Of a stretch of DNA of 64,000 nucleotides, positions 12,997-27,309 are shown piece after piece. Origin of the DNA: the human T2T-CHM13v2.0 reference genome, Homo sapiens; NCBI RefSeq assembly GCF_009914755.1, contig NC_060928.1; one strand, 5' to 3'. The notes under the pieces were generated by a model. The model did no database searches and had not been told where the DNA came from. It worked only from the letters and a program-made list of their open reading frames with translations. A program made the translations under genes and the position numbers. Position 1 is the first letter of the stretch; each line of letters begins with the position of its first letter.

Positions 12997-13317
12997 CAGT
13001 TTTCCCTTTGTTTCTGTGGGGGATTCGTTCCAGGGCCTCCCATAGGTAGCAAAATCCATGAATACCCAAGTCCTTGATATAAAATTGTGTAATATTTACA
13101 TATAACCTATGAACATCCTCCTCTATATTTTTAGTCATCTCTGGATCACTTAAACCCTAATACAATGTAAATGTTGTATAAATAGTTGTTACACTGTACT
13201 GTTTAGGAAATAATGACAAAGAAAAGTCTGTACATGTTCAATAAAGACACATTTTTTCCCAAATATTTTTAATCCCGGGTTTTTATTTCATATCTGTGGA
13301 ATACAAAGGGCTGACTA
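12997..13317 (+). mobile_element. MER2 (Tigger-derived DNA transposon)
   Basis: CAG...gggggattcgttccaggg...acatataacctatgaacatcctcc...agggctgact, flanked by TA. Confidence 0.85.
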
Positions 13318-13634
13318 TATTTATAGTTTACATATATTAAACTGCTCAGAGAGAATTCACACTACCAGAAATTTGCCATGGATCTCAGTTTAAGAAACAC
13401 TGTGCCAGACCACTGTTTCCCAAGAACATGTTTGATTTTGTAGAAACCGTAATTACAGGACCTAACTGGAATATACTGCATACTAGTTAAATGCTTGTTT
13501 AATTGAAAATTTCATAGATTTAAAGCAACATAGATGTCATAGGAAACCACTAAATAGAGATTTTTCTCAACTAGCTCAACTATTTGTCCTTACATTTCTC
13601 CAAAGTCCAAATATCTTTCACATACAGCTACAGC

Positions 13635-14052
13635 TGTATTTGTCTGTTCTCGCACTACTATAAAGAAACATCTGAGACTGGGTCATTTATTTAAAAAAAC
13701 AAAACAAAACAAAACAAAAACAGGTTTAATTGGCTCATGGTTCTGCAAACTGTACAGGAAGCATGGCAGCACATGCTTTTGGGGAGGTCTTAGGGAGCTT
13801 TCACTCATGGTGGAAGGCAAAGTGAGAACAGGCACTTTACATGGTTGGAGCAGGAAGAAGAAAGAGACAAGGGAGGTGTACACACTTTTAAACAACCAGA
13901 TCTCACAAGAACTCAGTCACTATTGTGAGGACAGTACCAAGAAGGAAATGTGCCTCCATGATCTAATCACCTCCTGCCAGGCCCCACCTCCAACATTGGG
14001 GATTACAATTCAACATGAGATTTGGGAAGGGACACAGATCCAAACCATATCA
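13635..14052 (-). mobile_element. MaLR LTR, MSTA/MSTB-like
   Basis: tgtatttgtctgttctcgcactactataaagaaac...gggacacagatccaaaccatatca. Confidence 0.88.
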
Positions 14053-14314
14053 ATGGCTTTCAAATTTATCATCTTCATCCAGCTAGCTGGATGGGAAAAA
14101 GAACATGGATGGTTTTTGATGGGCCCACACTAGTAGTGGAAAATAGTTGTTCCATTGACTAAATTGCTATTACGCGGCTACACTGCAAGAGAGACCATGG
14201 TTGTAGTCTGGAGGTCTACCAAGAAAAATTTGAAAATTTGTATTTTGATCAGCAGTCATATATGCTACAGAGCTTCAGGTAGTGTAGTCACAACCAGTAG
14301 TACGTGGGACAAAG

Positions 14315-14510
14315 AGTACATGCGTTAGTCAGTGCAGGCTCTGGAGTCAGTCTTTAACGTTGGAATCCAAGTGGTCATTTTCCTGTCAGTTCTACATGAA
14401 TACAATGGATATTTTATACCTACTCCATGGATTTGGTGATAAGATTAAGTGAGATAATAGATTCATTAGACTTATAACGGTACCTAGCACATGACCATTA
14501 CTAGATAATT
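14315..14510 (+). mobile_element. MIR
   Basis: gcaggctctggagtcag...gataagattaagtgagataat...cctagcacat. Confidence 0.7.
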
Positions 14511-15820
14511 ATTATTTATTTTTATTAAATACTAATAATAATCAGCTACTATAAAAAGCCTATTTTCCATCTCTGCTTAGGAGAACAAAAGTATTGATGA
14601 AACAACCAAAATGTCTTCATCAAAAGAATCATGTTCTATACAAATATACTTTTTTTATGTAGAAAACATTTATATAAAAATCTTCCTGGACTTCAATAAG
14701 ACTTTTAATTTGGGGTCTGAGCAACAAGATAGGAATGTGTAATATAAACCATGCCACTCTAAGCACATCTCTGACTCAAGTATTTTGGTAGAATTATCTA
14801 TATCTATATATCTCATAAATAATTATTGAAGGAGAATATATGTACAGTTGAAAATCACACCCATATTCCCCACTCCAATTTGGCAATATCCTAACTGAAA
14901 AGTCAGTAATATGGATATCAAAGTATATTTTTTATTATGAATTAAACTGAATTAGAAAATCCAGCTTGCGTAGATAGTCAAATTGGCTTCTAATGCCTTC
15001 ACCATTGAATTGACTGCCAATGCTACAGAATCATCTGCTGCAATCACTCCACTGGGGGGCTGAGCCTGTCATCTTAAACTTCACTTGTGAAGGCTTATTA
15101 AGTTGAGGGCCTAAAAGGCCATGAATGCACAATTCTCAATTCACTAATCACATAGTCATTCCTGTTTTCTTAGGGAGAATTGACTAAACAGACAAAGATA
15201 TTTGGAAAATTCCTTTTTCTTACTCTGTGCCTCAGTAGGGCAGACATTCTATGTCCTGGCCATAGAAAAGGTAGTAGGGAAAGAAAATTGTTCTCACTGA
15301 TACGCCCCCCTCCCAGTGACATAAATATATGATCTATACAATCAATCATTTCTAAATATTGAAAAATTTGAGAGTAAACATTGCACTTTTAGGTAATAAT
15401 ATGAAAGTGGTAATAATGATGCCTCAGAAAACAATATAATTCAGTAAGTTTAAACAATGAAACTTTCTATTTTCAAAAAAGAAAGGGAGTAATAGAGGGC
15501 AAAACGACCTAGAAACAGGATCAGAAGAATATCATTAAAAATAAATATTACAAACATTTGAGAGGCACCCTGGTTTGTGTTATTTCTGTGACCATCATTT
15601 TAAAAGCAAATATAGTATTAGAAATGCATTAGTAGGAATAAGATACATAAAAATAAGTAGATTTTTATTTTATATTTTATAAGATATGTAAAAATAAGTG
15701 TAAATATATTGAGGATTCTTTCAATTCATATGACAGTATTGCATTCATTTCTGACAAGTAAGTACAAAACAGAATGTAGAAAAAATAGGAAGTTTCTGTA
15801 CAAAATATAAAAATAAAATG

Positions 15821-16236
<416 letters not shown>

Positions 16237-16847
16237 TTAGTTTCAAGACTTTAATGATGCTAGTTGACCTCCCCGAGTCGTTTTGCTTTGTCCATAAAAT
16301 GAGAGCAACTTCATATGGGGGTTGTGATAGCATAGATCACATCACGTTTGGCTCACGGTAACCACTCAAACATAAATAGTTTCCTCACTCCCTGAGAAAC
16401 ATATTATTGAGGAAAAAAAGCGGAGCCTGAAAGAAGTGAATTTATTTGGAATTGTTTTGAATGAAAAGAGGTGATTTAGTGAGCCCTCCCTTCCAGTAAA
16501 CAGTCTCTTAATACCCTGAAGAACCTGAACTAGAACAAATAGCCTTAAATTGCATCAATTTTCATCTTGACTTCCTGGGAATGTAATAGTACTGTAATAG
16601 GCCCTAGGTCTTAGAAGTGTCCAGAAAATCATGCAAAAGCATCATAAATATGTGTCTAAATGATTTGGGAATAACCCAATCTAATCTCTTGTGCAAGAAT
16701 TTTAATCTCAAATGTGTTCTACATGGTTGTATGGCATGTTTGTATCCACTTATCTTATGACTGAACTTCCCCAAATAGTTCTTAAACTATATTTGTCAAT
16801 TTAATGCATTATACATCTTAATTCCTAATAAATGTTTATTTTTATAG

Positions 16848-16977
16848 CTTTTACAACTGGGACGCTGATATTGCTGTTAGTAATTCAAGTCCCAACTATC
16901 AAGTGATTGCCGATAATCCAGAAGGCTTACTTTTCAGATACAAAAGAGACAGAAAAATTCTTAATGTGGACCCAAAG
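16848..16977 (+). CDS. CFAP299: CFAP299 (C4orf22) penultimate coding exon, 130 bp
   Basis: Acceptor ttttatag|C at 16847/16848 and donor AAG|gtaatt at 16977/16978. Reads (S)[43 protein letters not shown], which I recognise as the C-terminal part of CFAP299. Splices in frame (phase 0) to the exon at 35540. Confidence 0.95.
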
Positions 16978-17909
16978 GTAATTCTTCTTTTACACTTAGT
17001 TAGTTACCTCTTCACATGTTATTGTATTTCTGCCACTATTCAAAAAATCTGTTAAATATTTGACACTCTTAAGTTGTTAAATTTAGAAAGGAAATAACAT
17101 TTTGAAACTTAGAGCATGTACTACCTTTTAAAAAACACTGCATAGCTTCATAAATTATTAGAAATTAATAAGAAAGAGTTTAGGGGGAATTTAAACAGAA
17201 CTCACAAGTGGAAACACTTCTCCATGCCTAGCACAGAATTGCACCAGGGAGCCAGTAGGCCACGCATGTGCTTCCCCCGATCCTGCAGATGTCCAGCCAC
17301 TTGTTGCTGTTAGTGGGGAGGAGCGTCATTCAGAGAAGGGAGATTCTGAACTTACATTTGTACCCAGAATTCTAATACCCCTCTGTGTATGTGACTAACA
17401 CTAAAAATGGTTTGGCTCTTAATGTATTTCTAAGTGTTAATTTGGAAAACACTTTTATTTAAATATTTTAAAGACATGTCTCATGATATTTTGAATTTGT
17501 TCAAAGAAAAATATTTACATCTTGCATATTTTCAAAGACTGCATTTGAATCATGACTTTTTATTATGATTTGTCCTATGTCTCGGGATGAAAGTTAAAAC
17601 TTTGCTTGAAGTCATTATGTGTTTGACTTGTATCGGTGGGTTTCATTTTGTTATTGTTTTTAAATTTTGAAAACTATTATTCACATGAAAGTGTCAGTCT
17701 AAAATCCAAAAGCAAGAAAAAGATTCTTTCATAGTAAAATAAATAAAAATTGTTTGATACACATGGAATATGGACAAGGATGGGCCAAAGGAAAGGGGGG
17801 TCAGGTTATAAAAACTTTTCCAAAAGTTTTTAGAAAACCAAAGTCAAAAATCCAGTCTGTATTTCATATCCACTTAGTACAGTTCCTTGCACATAAAAAA
17901 TGCTAAATA

Positions 17910-18144
17910 GGCCAGGCGCGGTGGCTCACACCTGTAATCCCAGCACTTTGGGAGGCAGAGGCGGGCAGATCACCTGAGGTCAGGAGTTTGAGACCAGCCT
18001 GGCAAACATGGAGAAACCCCATCTGTACTAAAAATACAAAATTATCCAGGCATGGTGTCGCATGCCTGTAATCCCAGCTATTCAGCAGGCTGAGGCAGGA
18101 GAATGGCTTGAACCTGAGAGGCAGAACTCCGTCTCAAAAAAAAA
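17910..18144 (+). mobile_element. AluSp-like element with an internal deletion in the right arm
   Basis: catggagaaaccc diagnostic; 15-bp TSD AAAAAATGCTAAATA at 17895-17909 and 18145-18159. Confidence 0.92.
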
Positions 18145-18189
18145 AAAAAATGCTAAATAACCATGTCTTTAAAGAATTAATGACCATAA

Positions 18190-18670
18190 TTCTGTAACAA
18201 GAAATAGATGATTACCTGAAATGAGATACAGCTACAAATATCAGAAATGCCAAGATAGTAATTTAAACAGGATAGAAGCTGCTTTCTCTTCCACATGTAA
18301 GTGTAGATGGTGACAGTCCAAGGTTTAAATGACAGCTCCACAGTCATCTGGGCCAGGGTGATCCTCATTTTCTTGGGCCAAAATAGGTCTCCAGCCAAAA
18401 TAACCACATTCAAAACATAATGCCTGGATGGGGTTGAGAGGGTACAAAGAACATTCCCCTGATGCCTTTAAAGGGAGTTTCCAAAAAGCTACTGCACAAA
18501 CCATCACTTATGTTCCATTGTAAGAAGTTAGTCTTATGGAGGTGATTAGCTACATGCAAAGCTGGGAAATATAATCTTTATTCAAATGACAATGCACCCA
18601 GCTAAAAACAGGTATTCTGAGACAGGGAGAAGAGAGGTTTAAGTAGACAACTGGCAGGTTCTAACACAAT
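18190..18670 (-). mobile_element. Old MaLR (MLT1-type) LTR
   Basis: aatttaaacaggatagaag, ttccattgtaagaagttagtcttatgg, gcaaagctgggaaatataatctt motifs; heavily decayed. Confidence 0.55.
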
Positions 18671-19419
18671 GCTATCTCCTTCAAAATAACAATACTCTTT
18701 TTTGGTCTCAGGTTTCTCATTAGTGAAATGAAGTACTGGATCAGAGAGTTTTTAGGGCTGTATTTATTATGAATCTATGAATACCAGAGTACTTTATCAA
18801 CATACCTTCTCTCTAGTGGTTCTTCTTTACTTATGGGTGTCAAAATGAGATCAGTAGGGGCAAAGTACAGAAAACTTAATAAATAGCATTTCCAGAGTCA
18901 TTTCCTTAGAAGTCTAAACTATATAAATAAGAAAAGATTTTAAATTATGAATGCTCTTGTTAAGATGTGTGAAACAAATATTTGAATCAATTTTGAATGA
19001 CATCATATTTAAACTATTTTAGGGCTGTATTTTAACTAATGGCATATTTCAAGAATGCATGTCATGAATTGTAGTTTTTACAGTCTTTGGGGAATCATTA
19101 TTGAATGTGAACTGTTGCTTAAACATCGTTCAAATAATTTTAACTCAAACTCAAACTTCCAAAATAGTCAACCATGAGATTTCAGTATGACATATAACAT
19201 TTGTCTCCTTTTTTCTGAAAGATTTTGATTAGATTTTATGATAAATTTGAAGAAATTTTTTTCCAACTCTTGAATAAAGAGCAAGCATTTGGTTAATGAG
19301 TGGTAAGAGTAAGAATTATTAGGCGAGACATACAACAACATTTGGATACGTATATTTCTTTAAATTTTAATTTTATCTTGTGGAAAGTAAAAATTAATAG
19401 TAGACTTATGAAAAGAAAT

Positions 19420-19710
19420 GTTGGTCTCAGCATTAGTAAACAGAGTCCTAGGCTTTACTATTAATTGGCTGCATGACCTTGATAAATTCACTCAACTTCC
19501 CTGGGTTTTAGTGGTCACAACTAGAAGATAGAGAGTTGTTGTAGTTGTTGTGTTGTTGTTTGTTTTGTTTCTTTCTGATCTCTAGAGTTCCTTTAAAGTA
19601 CCAGGCCCAGTTTTTAGAGATTCTGCCTCGACTGGGACCAGAAGTACATATTTTAATAAGAAGCCTGTGTGATTCTGCTACAGGTTGTTCATGAACTGCA
19701 GTTTGAGAAA
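19420..19710. mobile_element. MIR fragment followed by MER5-like fragment
   Basis: ctgcatgaccttgataaattcactcaacttccctg (MIR); gtgattctgctacaggttgttcatgaactgcagtttgagaa (MER5). Confidence 0.6.
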
Positions 19711-21234
19711 AAATCTCCATAAAAAGTCAATAGTCTAAAAACATCAGGCATTCTGTTCTCAAAAAATAAGTAGAAAGACACTTATATATTTTAATTATTG
19801 TGGACAAGATGTATTGTACATTGCTACAAAATTTCTTAACTTATTCTTTCTTCAAAGATCCAAGATCTTTTTTATTTCATGCATCCAACATAAAATTTCT
19901 TATAGACCTAAGGAAGAACCAAGAAATAAGCAAAATAAACATCTGCAGTTACTTTAATAACTACTAATACATATTGATAGAAATTACATTTTTATAGTCA
20001 ATATTTTTCTTAGCAATTTTTATTGAAATCCTTCCTAAGGTGAACATCTCATAACTCCAGTAGTTAAAGAGCTGTAAAATATTGTAAGAGCAACTCAGCT
20101 CTCCTTTTCTTCTCCTTCATGTACCCTCTTTGAAATACTTTATGCTTAAAATTAAAGAGGTCAAGATAAATGAAAGGTGGAAACAGTGATAAACAGGATG
20201 TGTTTACTTTGTCCAACACAGATGTGGACTCATTAATTCTGAAGTATGTTTCCCGTGAAAGGCAGTTGTTTGGGAATGGTAACAGTGGAAACAGAAACTT
20301 GTGCAGGTCTTACAACAAGTAATATGAGTTCATTGGTTAGGAAATTCCAAATGCAATAAGAGTTTGGTTGCATTGAAAACAGGACCACTGGCTTTAACTT
20401 CCCTGCAGCTGTATAACATCTGGAACAAATAAGCCAAGTTTCTATTTTTGAGTGAAGAATGCTTGTTTGAGTGATTCACAGTGTATTATCTTTAGAAGAA
20501 TTAAATGGAAGCACTTTGCACTCTGTCCAATATATTATTTGGACAAATTTTTTAAATACACTTTTTTTTTACTTTTCAAAAACACTAACCATGGGATAGT
20601 TTGCTTTGAGTCTTACCATAGCATAAGTGGTCTAAAACTGGCATGAACCACTAATAAGGCAAGAAAGAGAGAGAGAGAGATTGTATACAATAGTTACAAC
20701 AAAATATATATATATTTCTTAGTTACACCAGCTATTCTCACTTCCCATTTCTGAGAGGCCATCACCTGGAAAAATGCCTTGCTAATGAATATTTGATAAA
20801 TATTCATTGAATTGATGATTGAATGGATCATTCCCTCCAAAAGCAATAATAACAATAATAATAATAGTAATAGTGCTACACTAATTAAAAGTTAATGAGT
20901 AAATTATGTTAGTCATTTGATATAGCAGTGATAGCAGAAATGGGTATAGTCATTTTCCCTATATTAACCCAAATAAGTCACAAAAAATGCAAGAATTTAT
21001 TGCTGAAATCAGATTTTGTAGGAACTATGCAGAAATCTTTATTTTGGTCTATGCTTTCATACCTTCTTGTGCAGTCCCAGAAATATATAATTTAAACTAT
21101 CTCAAATTAAGATTATCGAATTAGAACATGATTTTGATTTATGAACAGACTTCAACAGATTAAATGACTCACTGACAGTCAACAGTTAATTATTAGTAGA
21201 AACCATCAATGAAGCTTAAATATTATGAGTCACA

Positions 21235-22020
21235 TGGGGAGGTGAAGATGAGCAAGACTTCAATCTTTGCCCTTTAAGTGCTCTTAGTGTTTTTAGGGAA
21301 ATAAGTCAAAACATAACTGCAGTATAATGCAGAAAATGATACATTGCACAGGAGAGAAATACTTTTGGAATTCAGTGAAAGAAGAGATGATTTTTGATCT
21401 GGGGACAGGAGCTAGTGGAAAGGAATGGTGAAGGGAGAGCATTGGAGATAATGTTAAGTGATAATGGAGGAAGTAAACTTTTAGTGGGGACTTAAAGGAT
21501 GATTAGAAATTGAACTAGATGTTCCCTAAAACTTAAAGTATAATAAAATTTAAAAACAACAACAACAACAAAAAAAAAAAGAAGCAGGATCATAAAAAAA
21601 AAACAAAAAACAGAAATTGAACTAGAGAGGGGGAGAATCGAACACATAAGGAGGGAAAGGGAGTCAATATCAGGAATTAAACCTATTACCCAAGATAAGA
21701 TTCACAAGTATAAAACAGACAAGGGAAAACCCAAATAGTTCAATTTGGCTTCTGCGTTGGATTGAAGGGGTGAATTGGGAATTAAGCCTGGAGAGGTCAT
21801 CAGAAGCTTTGACTGCAGGACTGAGGCAGATCTTGGACTGGACTCAATAGGAAATGGGGAAATATGCCAAGCATCTTGTGCAGAGAAATAACAGGATGAA
21901 AGTTGGGCTTTAATGTTAGAAGGTGTAGAGCAGTACAGACGAGGGAGGAAAAGCTGGAGAAGACAAGCAGAATAACAGTAACCCAGGTGAAAAGTAAAAA
22001 GGACTGGAAGTAGAGGTCCT
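21235..22020 (-). mobile_element. L2 remnant
   Basis: Purine-rich L2 antisense motifs: atgagcaagacttcaatctttgccc, ggactgaggcagatcttggact, caataggaaatgggga. Confidence 0.7.
21520..21611 (+). mobile_element. Extremely 5'-truncated young L1PA with a double A tail
   Basis: tgttccctaaaacttaaagtataataaa is the L1PA 3' terminus; perfect 15-bp TSD AGAAATTGAACTAGA at 21505-21519 and 21612-21626. Confidence 0.9.
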
Positions 22021-22339
22021 GCTATAGTTGGCAAATTTTGAGTTGATGCTTTCAATATTGCAACTACCAGATCATTCAGGTACAGATAGAACTTATATTA
22101 TGTATATCTATCTAGAAAAGTTTTTGAGAGAGCTCACTTTCCCCCAGTACTCAGAAAAGAAAGAGAGGGAGAAAGAACATGTGTGTGTGAGAGAGGAGAG
22201 AGACAGTATTGCTGGATGAGTACAGGGCACACAAGTGAGCTGGATGGATGTCTGCCACTCTTTATTCTTCCCTCCACCCCCCCCCCTTCCTCATTTGATG
22301 TTTCCTTGGCAACTGTTGAGAACTATGAAGCTTAAAGGT

Positions 22340-22870
22340 GAATCTGGAAGGTAGATTTCTTGTCCTAAAAAGCTTACAGGTTAACTGGTGAGTGGGTGGG
22401 AAAATATACACATAGAAATGGCAAGCTAGAAAGTAACCTGAGAGGACAGAAAAAGTTCTGTAAGAATTCAGGGGAGGCAGAATGTACTTTGGACCAAAGA
22501 TATTCAAAAACAAGTTAATGAAAGAGATAGCATTTGAACTGGGTCTGGAAGGGTGGGTATGGTGAGGACATGAGGACTGGAGAGGAAGGGTGTTCTGATA
22601 GGAAGAAAAACCATGCACAAAGGCATGGGAGCACGAAGGCATGGGAGCACAAAACATGAGGCTGTGAAGGAAGGCAGAGGACCTCCTTGTGGCTACAGAG
22701 AGGCTGTCAGCACAGATCAGATATCAGAATCACCCAGGAAGCTTTAGAATATATGATGCCTGACCTCATCCCAAGAAGGCTGGATAACTGATCTGAGTGG
22801 AAGGCTTAGGCATTGGTACTTTTCAAAAATACCCTGGGTGATTCTAGTGGTTCACAAGGGTTGAGACAAA
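22340..22870. mobile_element. L2 (minus strand) followed by MER5A
   Basis: gcatttgaactgggtctggaagg...ccatgcacaaaggcatgg (L2); atcagaatcacccagg...ccctgggtgattct...gggttgaga (MER5A, about 22715-22868). Confidence 0.7.
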
Positions 22871-24159
22871 GGTGTAGGAAGGAGAATCATGGCAGAAAAG
22901 TCTTGAGAGAATAACTAAACACCACAAGTGGAAGCCAAATCTAATTAGTGTTTGCCATTCTATAGACCTCAAGGAGATTCAGTACTATTTGTGTCACAAT
23001 GACTTAGAATCAAAATTTCTAAGTATGAAAATACATAATCCATTTTGAAAGGAGGTGATGTGACTCTTCTGTTGGCTAAACTTCATTGGTGTGATTTTAG
23101 AATTCAAAAGAAAATCAATTATATTAAAAATATGAAAATTTATAGGGCAAGATCTCTTTTTGTTATCTTATTTACTGTCTAGTAGAGTACATCTTGAATA
23201 TAGTTGCTTGGTAAGTCACTGATAACAAGCAAACTAAAAGACATGTGAAAAGATCTCAGAGACCCATAGTTTCTATTGGATGTAGGACATTAGTGAAACA
23301 AAAAACAGTATTATAGAATAAAACTTTCTGGATCCATGCTGAGTGTCACAAGGTTTGGAAGGCATGTGCAATGTAGACTGTGCATGGACTTAGCAGGATT
23401 TATTTCTTTGTTCTTTTTGTATCAATACTCCTGACTATTAAGCCCAGACTCCTCTATTTGAAAATTGTTCACAATTGTTCAAACATAACAGTGAGCTACT
23501 TTGGCATGTAGTCTATTATCACAAGAGCTCTTTATTAGTACCCAGCCTGCCCTGGCTTGATTAGGAGCAATTCCTATTAATTCAGGAAAGCATTTCCTCT
23601 TCCTCTCTCTTTCTCAAATTCACCAATCAGAGAACTCAAGGCTCTTCCCTTAGATATCAGACTGAATCCATCTATGGTGAGTCCCAGCAAATTCTATTTT
23701 TAAAGCCTCTTCAGGAAACCCTAAAGATTAGCTGGATTTTATATCCACTGCTTTACACAGTACTATTGTCTTAGCTGTTGTTTCACCTTAATGTATATGC
23801 ATAAAGCTATCAAACTTCATTCATTTAAAATATGTTGTAATGCAACAGTGTTAACTTTAAGTCATTGAAATTACACGTTCCCAGGACTGCACAGACTAGA
23901 AAGCACAGACCATATACCAAAGAGTGCTGTGTAATGAGATACAACTGCACTAAATGCTTCTGCTAATAAATCACCATCACTGCTATTTTTTCTTCTTATT
24001 TGGATCATTATGGGGGCCAGAGAGTGGGCGAGGGGTTGGGAGGTTTTACGCATTCTTTGCTATTACTGCCTCATGGAACTTCATTTTGTGAAGTGAGTTT
24101 GCCTAGAGGCTCAAATGAAACAATACACATGACAGAAACTTGTAAAGCATAAACTGTTA

Positions 24160-24270
24160 AATGTAGGGCAGGAACCCTTTCTGGACATTTTGCCGTTGTA
24201 TTACCAGGGCTAGCTCCATGCCTGCACATGGTAGGTGTTCAGTAAACATCTGCGGGATGAATAAATTGAA
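24160..24270 (+). mobile_element. L2 3' terminus
   Basis: gcctgcacatggtaggtgttcagtaaacatctgcgggatgaataaa. Confidence 0.7.
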
Positions 24271-26735
24271 ATATTAAATATTTGCTAAAGAAATGAATGG
24301 TAGGGCCAAAAATAATTCTTAAAAAAAATTGAGGTTAACTTAAAATATTTTAGGGTCTTAGGCACTGAAAACATATGTAGAGCTAAAGCTATTTTTAGCT
24401 AAAAACTACCAGAGTAATTGACTCTAGTGCTTTTCTGCCTAGGTAGGTGGATAAATGAATTATCACTCAGGGTTCTTTGAGGAACTTTCGAGAGTAAATG
24501 GTGATTTTTTCCAGGGTAACGGCAATGTGTTAGGTGCATGGGTAAATGAGAGTAGCAATTACTTTATTATTTTTAAAAATAAATGCGTAGTCACTGTTGT
24601 CTATTATTGTACAGGTGCTAAAAACAAATATGTCAAATTCTTTCTTTTTCTCTGAGCAAAAGACTAGACACATAAGGTTTAAAATTAAAAATAAATTCAA
24701 CTAATAAAATCACCCGTTTTTGTTTTTGCATTTTTTTTTTAATTTAGAGGAAGAGTCCAGCAACATCTTCTCAGAGCTCCTCTCTCCTCTGTTCTGCCCT
24801 CTCAGGCAACCCCCACGCAAGCACTTGCTACTATTAGTAGGAAAGGTGTTCATTACCTGTTTAATGCCACCTCTGCTTCTGAGGTCGTTGGCTTCTCTTC
24901 ATTTCCCTTGCCTCCCAGATCCTAAAATCCTAACCTGTCATAGCCTTGAAATTGATCTTCTCAAAACGGAGACCCATAACATTTCTACGTCCTATATGCA
25001 GATGGTTCCAATTTAATCTCTTGGAACCTCGCCCTTCAGTGAAGGTCCTCAGTTTTAAAATCTGCCTTTTAACAGGAGGAGCTATATATAATCCCTTTTG
25101 AAAAACAAACAAACAAAAAGCTGAATAGAATAAGTTTTAAACAAGGTTATGGCTTCCGCAACGTCTCAGAAATGTTTCTGCAAACTGCACTACAAGACTA
25201 AATTAATATTGGGCCAGTGGGGCAGGGGATATCTACTGAATCACCAACACCACTTTTTTGGCCCCTGTATTTTCCTTGGAGGCCTCTTATAAATGTTGCT
25301 TTTTAACTGTGGCACAGTCACAGTTATTAAGTAAAGCTGAGGCCTTGCCAACTTTCTCGTTTTGCTACCCAAATTACTGAATGTTTGGTTGATTATAGCC
25401 CTAAAACACCCACATACTAAGTAGCTTTTAAACATTTTCTCCTCTGGGTAATCACCTGGTATATCTGAACTGAAAGCCCACCACATATAAATTAAGTATT
25501 TACTCAACTAACTACTGCTAAAATCAATGGCCTTGAGGAATACATTAAAATTATATAACAGAGCTTGGCTTTTATGAATTAAAACTCCTAAAACTTAAAT
25601 GTCATGTCCTCCACTTGACCTGAAAAACTGACTTTAATTTTATATGCAGTATTTAAGGAACAACCCCCAGAGATAAGCACATTGTTCATAAGTGTCCAGT
25701 GCATGAACTCATATATGAACTGTAACACAAGAAATGTAAGCTACACGAAAGAAAAAAATACATATATATTTTTTGAATTTTGAATTATGTATATACATAA
25801 ATATATATGTCAATGTTTAGTAATAAGAGAGTATAAATGATAAGCCTCCATCATCTGAGCTGAACATATGCAATGAAAAGAAAGGTACATATCCCAATAA
25901 AGCATACATGACAAAGAAAAATTATTGTTTTAAGCTTTTATTTCCAAGAGCAACCTAATCAAACATGATGCCAAAAGTAAAAGGGACCCATATGGCCTAG
26001 GGATATAAGGATGGAGAGATTTGAGGAAGAGAGCTTTAGACACAGTTCACGCTCACTTTCTCACAAAATGTATTACCTCAAATCAAGAAGTATGGAAGAG
26101 AGTAGAAGTTAATTTCCTGGCAAGATGGAATGATTGAATAAGAACAAAATAATTGTTTCCTCTATGATCTTAAAAACCTGATAACTAATAACACAGAAGC
26201 AGGCATCAGAAAACACATGAGTCAGGCATGGTGTCATTGCAGGTGCAAGACCACAGTTGAGGGATTATTTCTAGTTCAAAAAAAGAGCATGTTTTTTTCC
26301 TGGGTCTCAACAGTTGAACAAGTAGTTAATTCCCATGACTCTTTCTCAGCCATTCACCACTCCCAGCAAATACTCATAATTTCTCAAAAATTGAAATCCC
26401 AAAGCAGAGTGAGAGTTGAATTTTATTAGAATATGGAATACAATAGCATGAATAGTGACCAAGACCATTAGTAAGAAAGAAAAATCTCATGTTGATAACT
26501 TATAAGTGGCTATTGCTGGCTGAGATATCTTTGGCATGTACATTGGTGGCCCTGAACATATATACATTTTCTCAAATAGCTGAAGCAAGAGTGGAAAAGA
26601 AAAACACAGTTAAATGAACAAAAATGTCAGCCCCAACTTGGCAGGTCAGAAAACTACCTCATAAGTATATGAGGTTGCTCCAAGGGGATAGGTTCTTAAT
26701 TTGCGGGGGGGACAACTTATTTTTAAAATCTGTTA

Positions 26736-27167
<432 letters not shown>

Positions 27168-27309
27168 CTAAAATACTTTGGAGCAGTTGAAAGCAGCTAG
27201 AACTGCAGAACAAGTTGGAAGGGAATGAGAAATGGTCATCAGGGCTCAGGCAGGGCAAAGCTCTTAAGAGGAGCAATGCTTAGAATGAGTTGAAGGTACA
27301 GAGATCTTT

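Noticed and set aside
22620-22650. Tandem duplication of aaggcatgggagcac
   Set aside because: Real, but a routine slippage duplication inside a dead L2.
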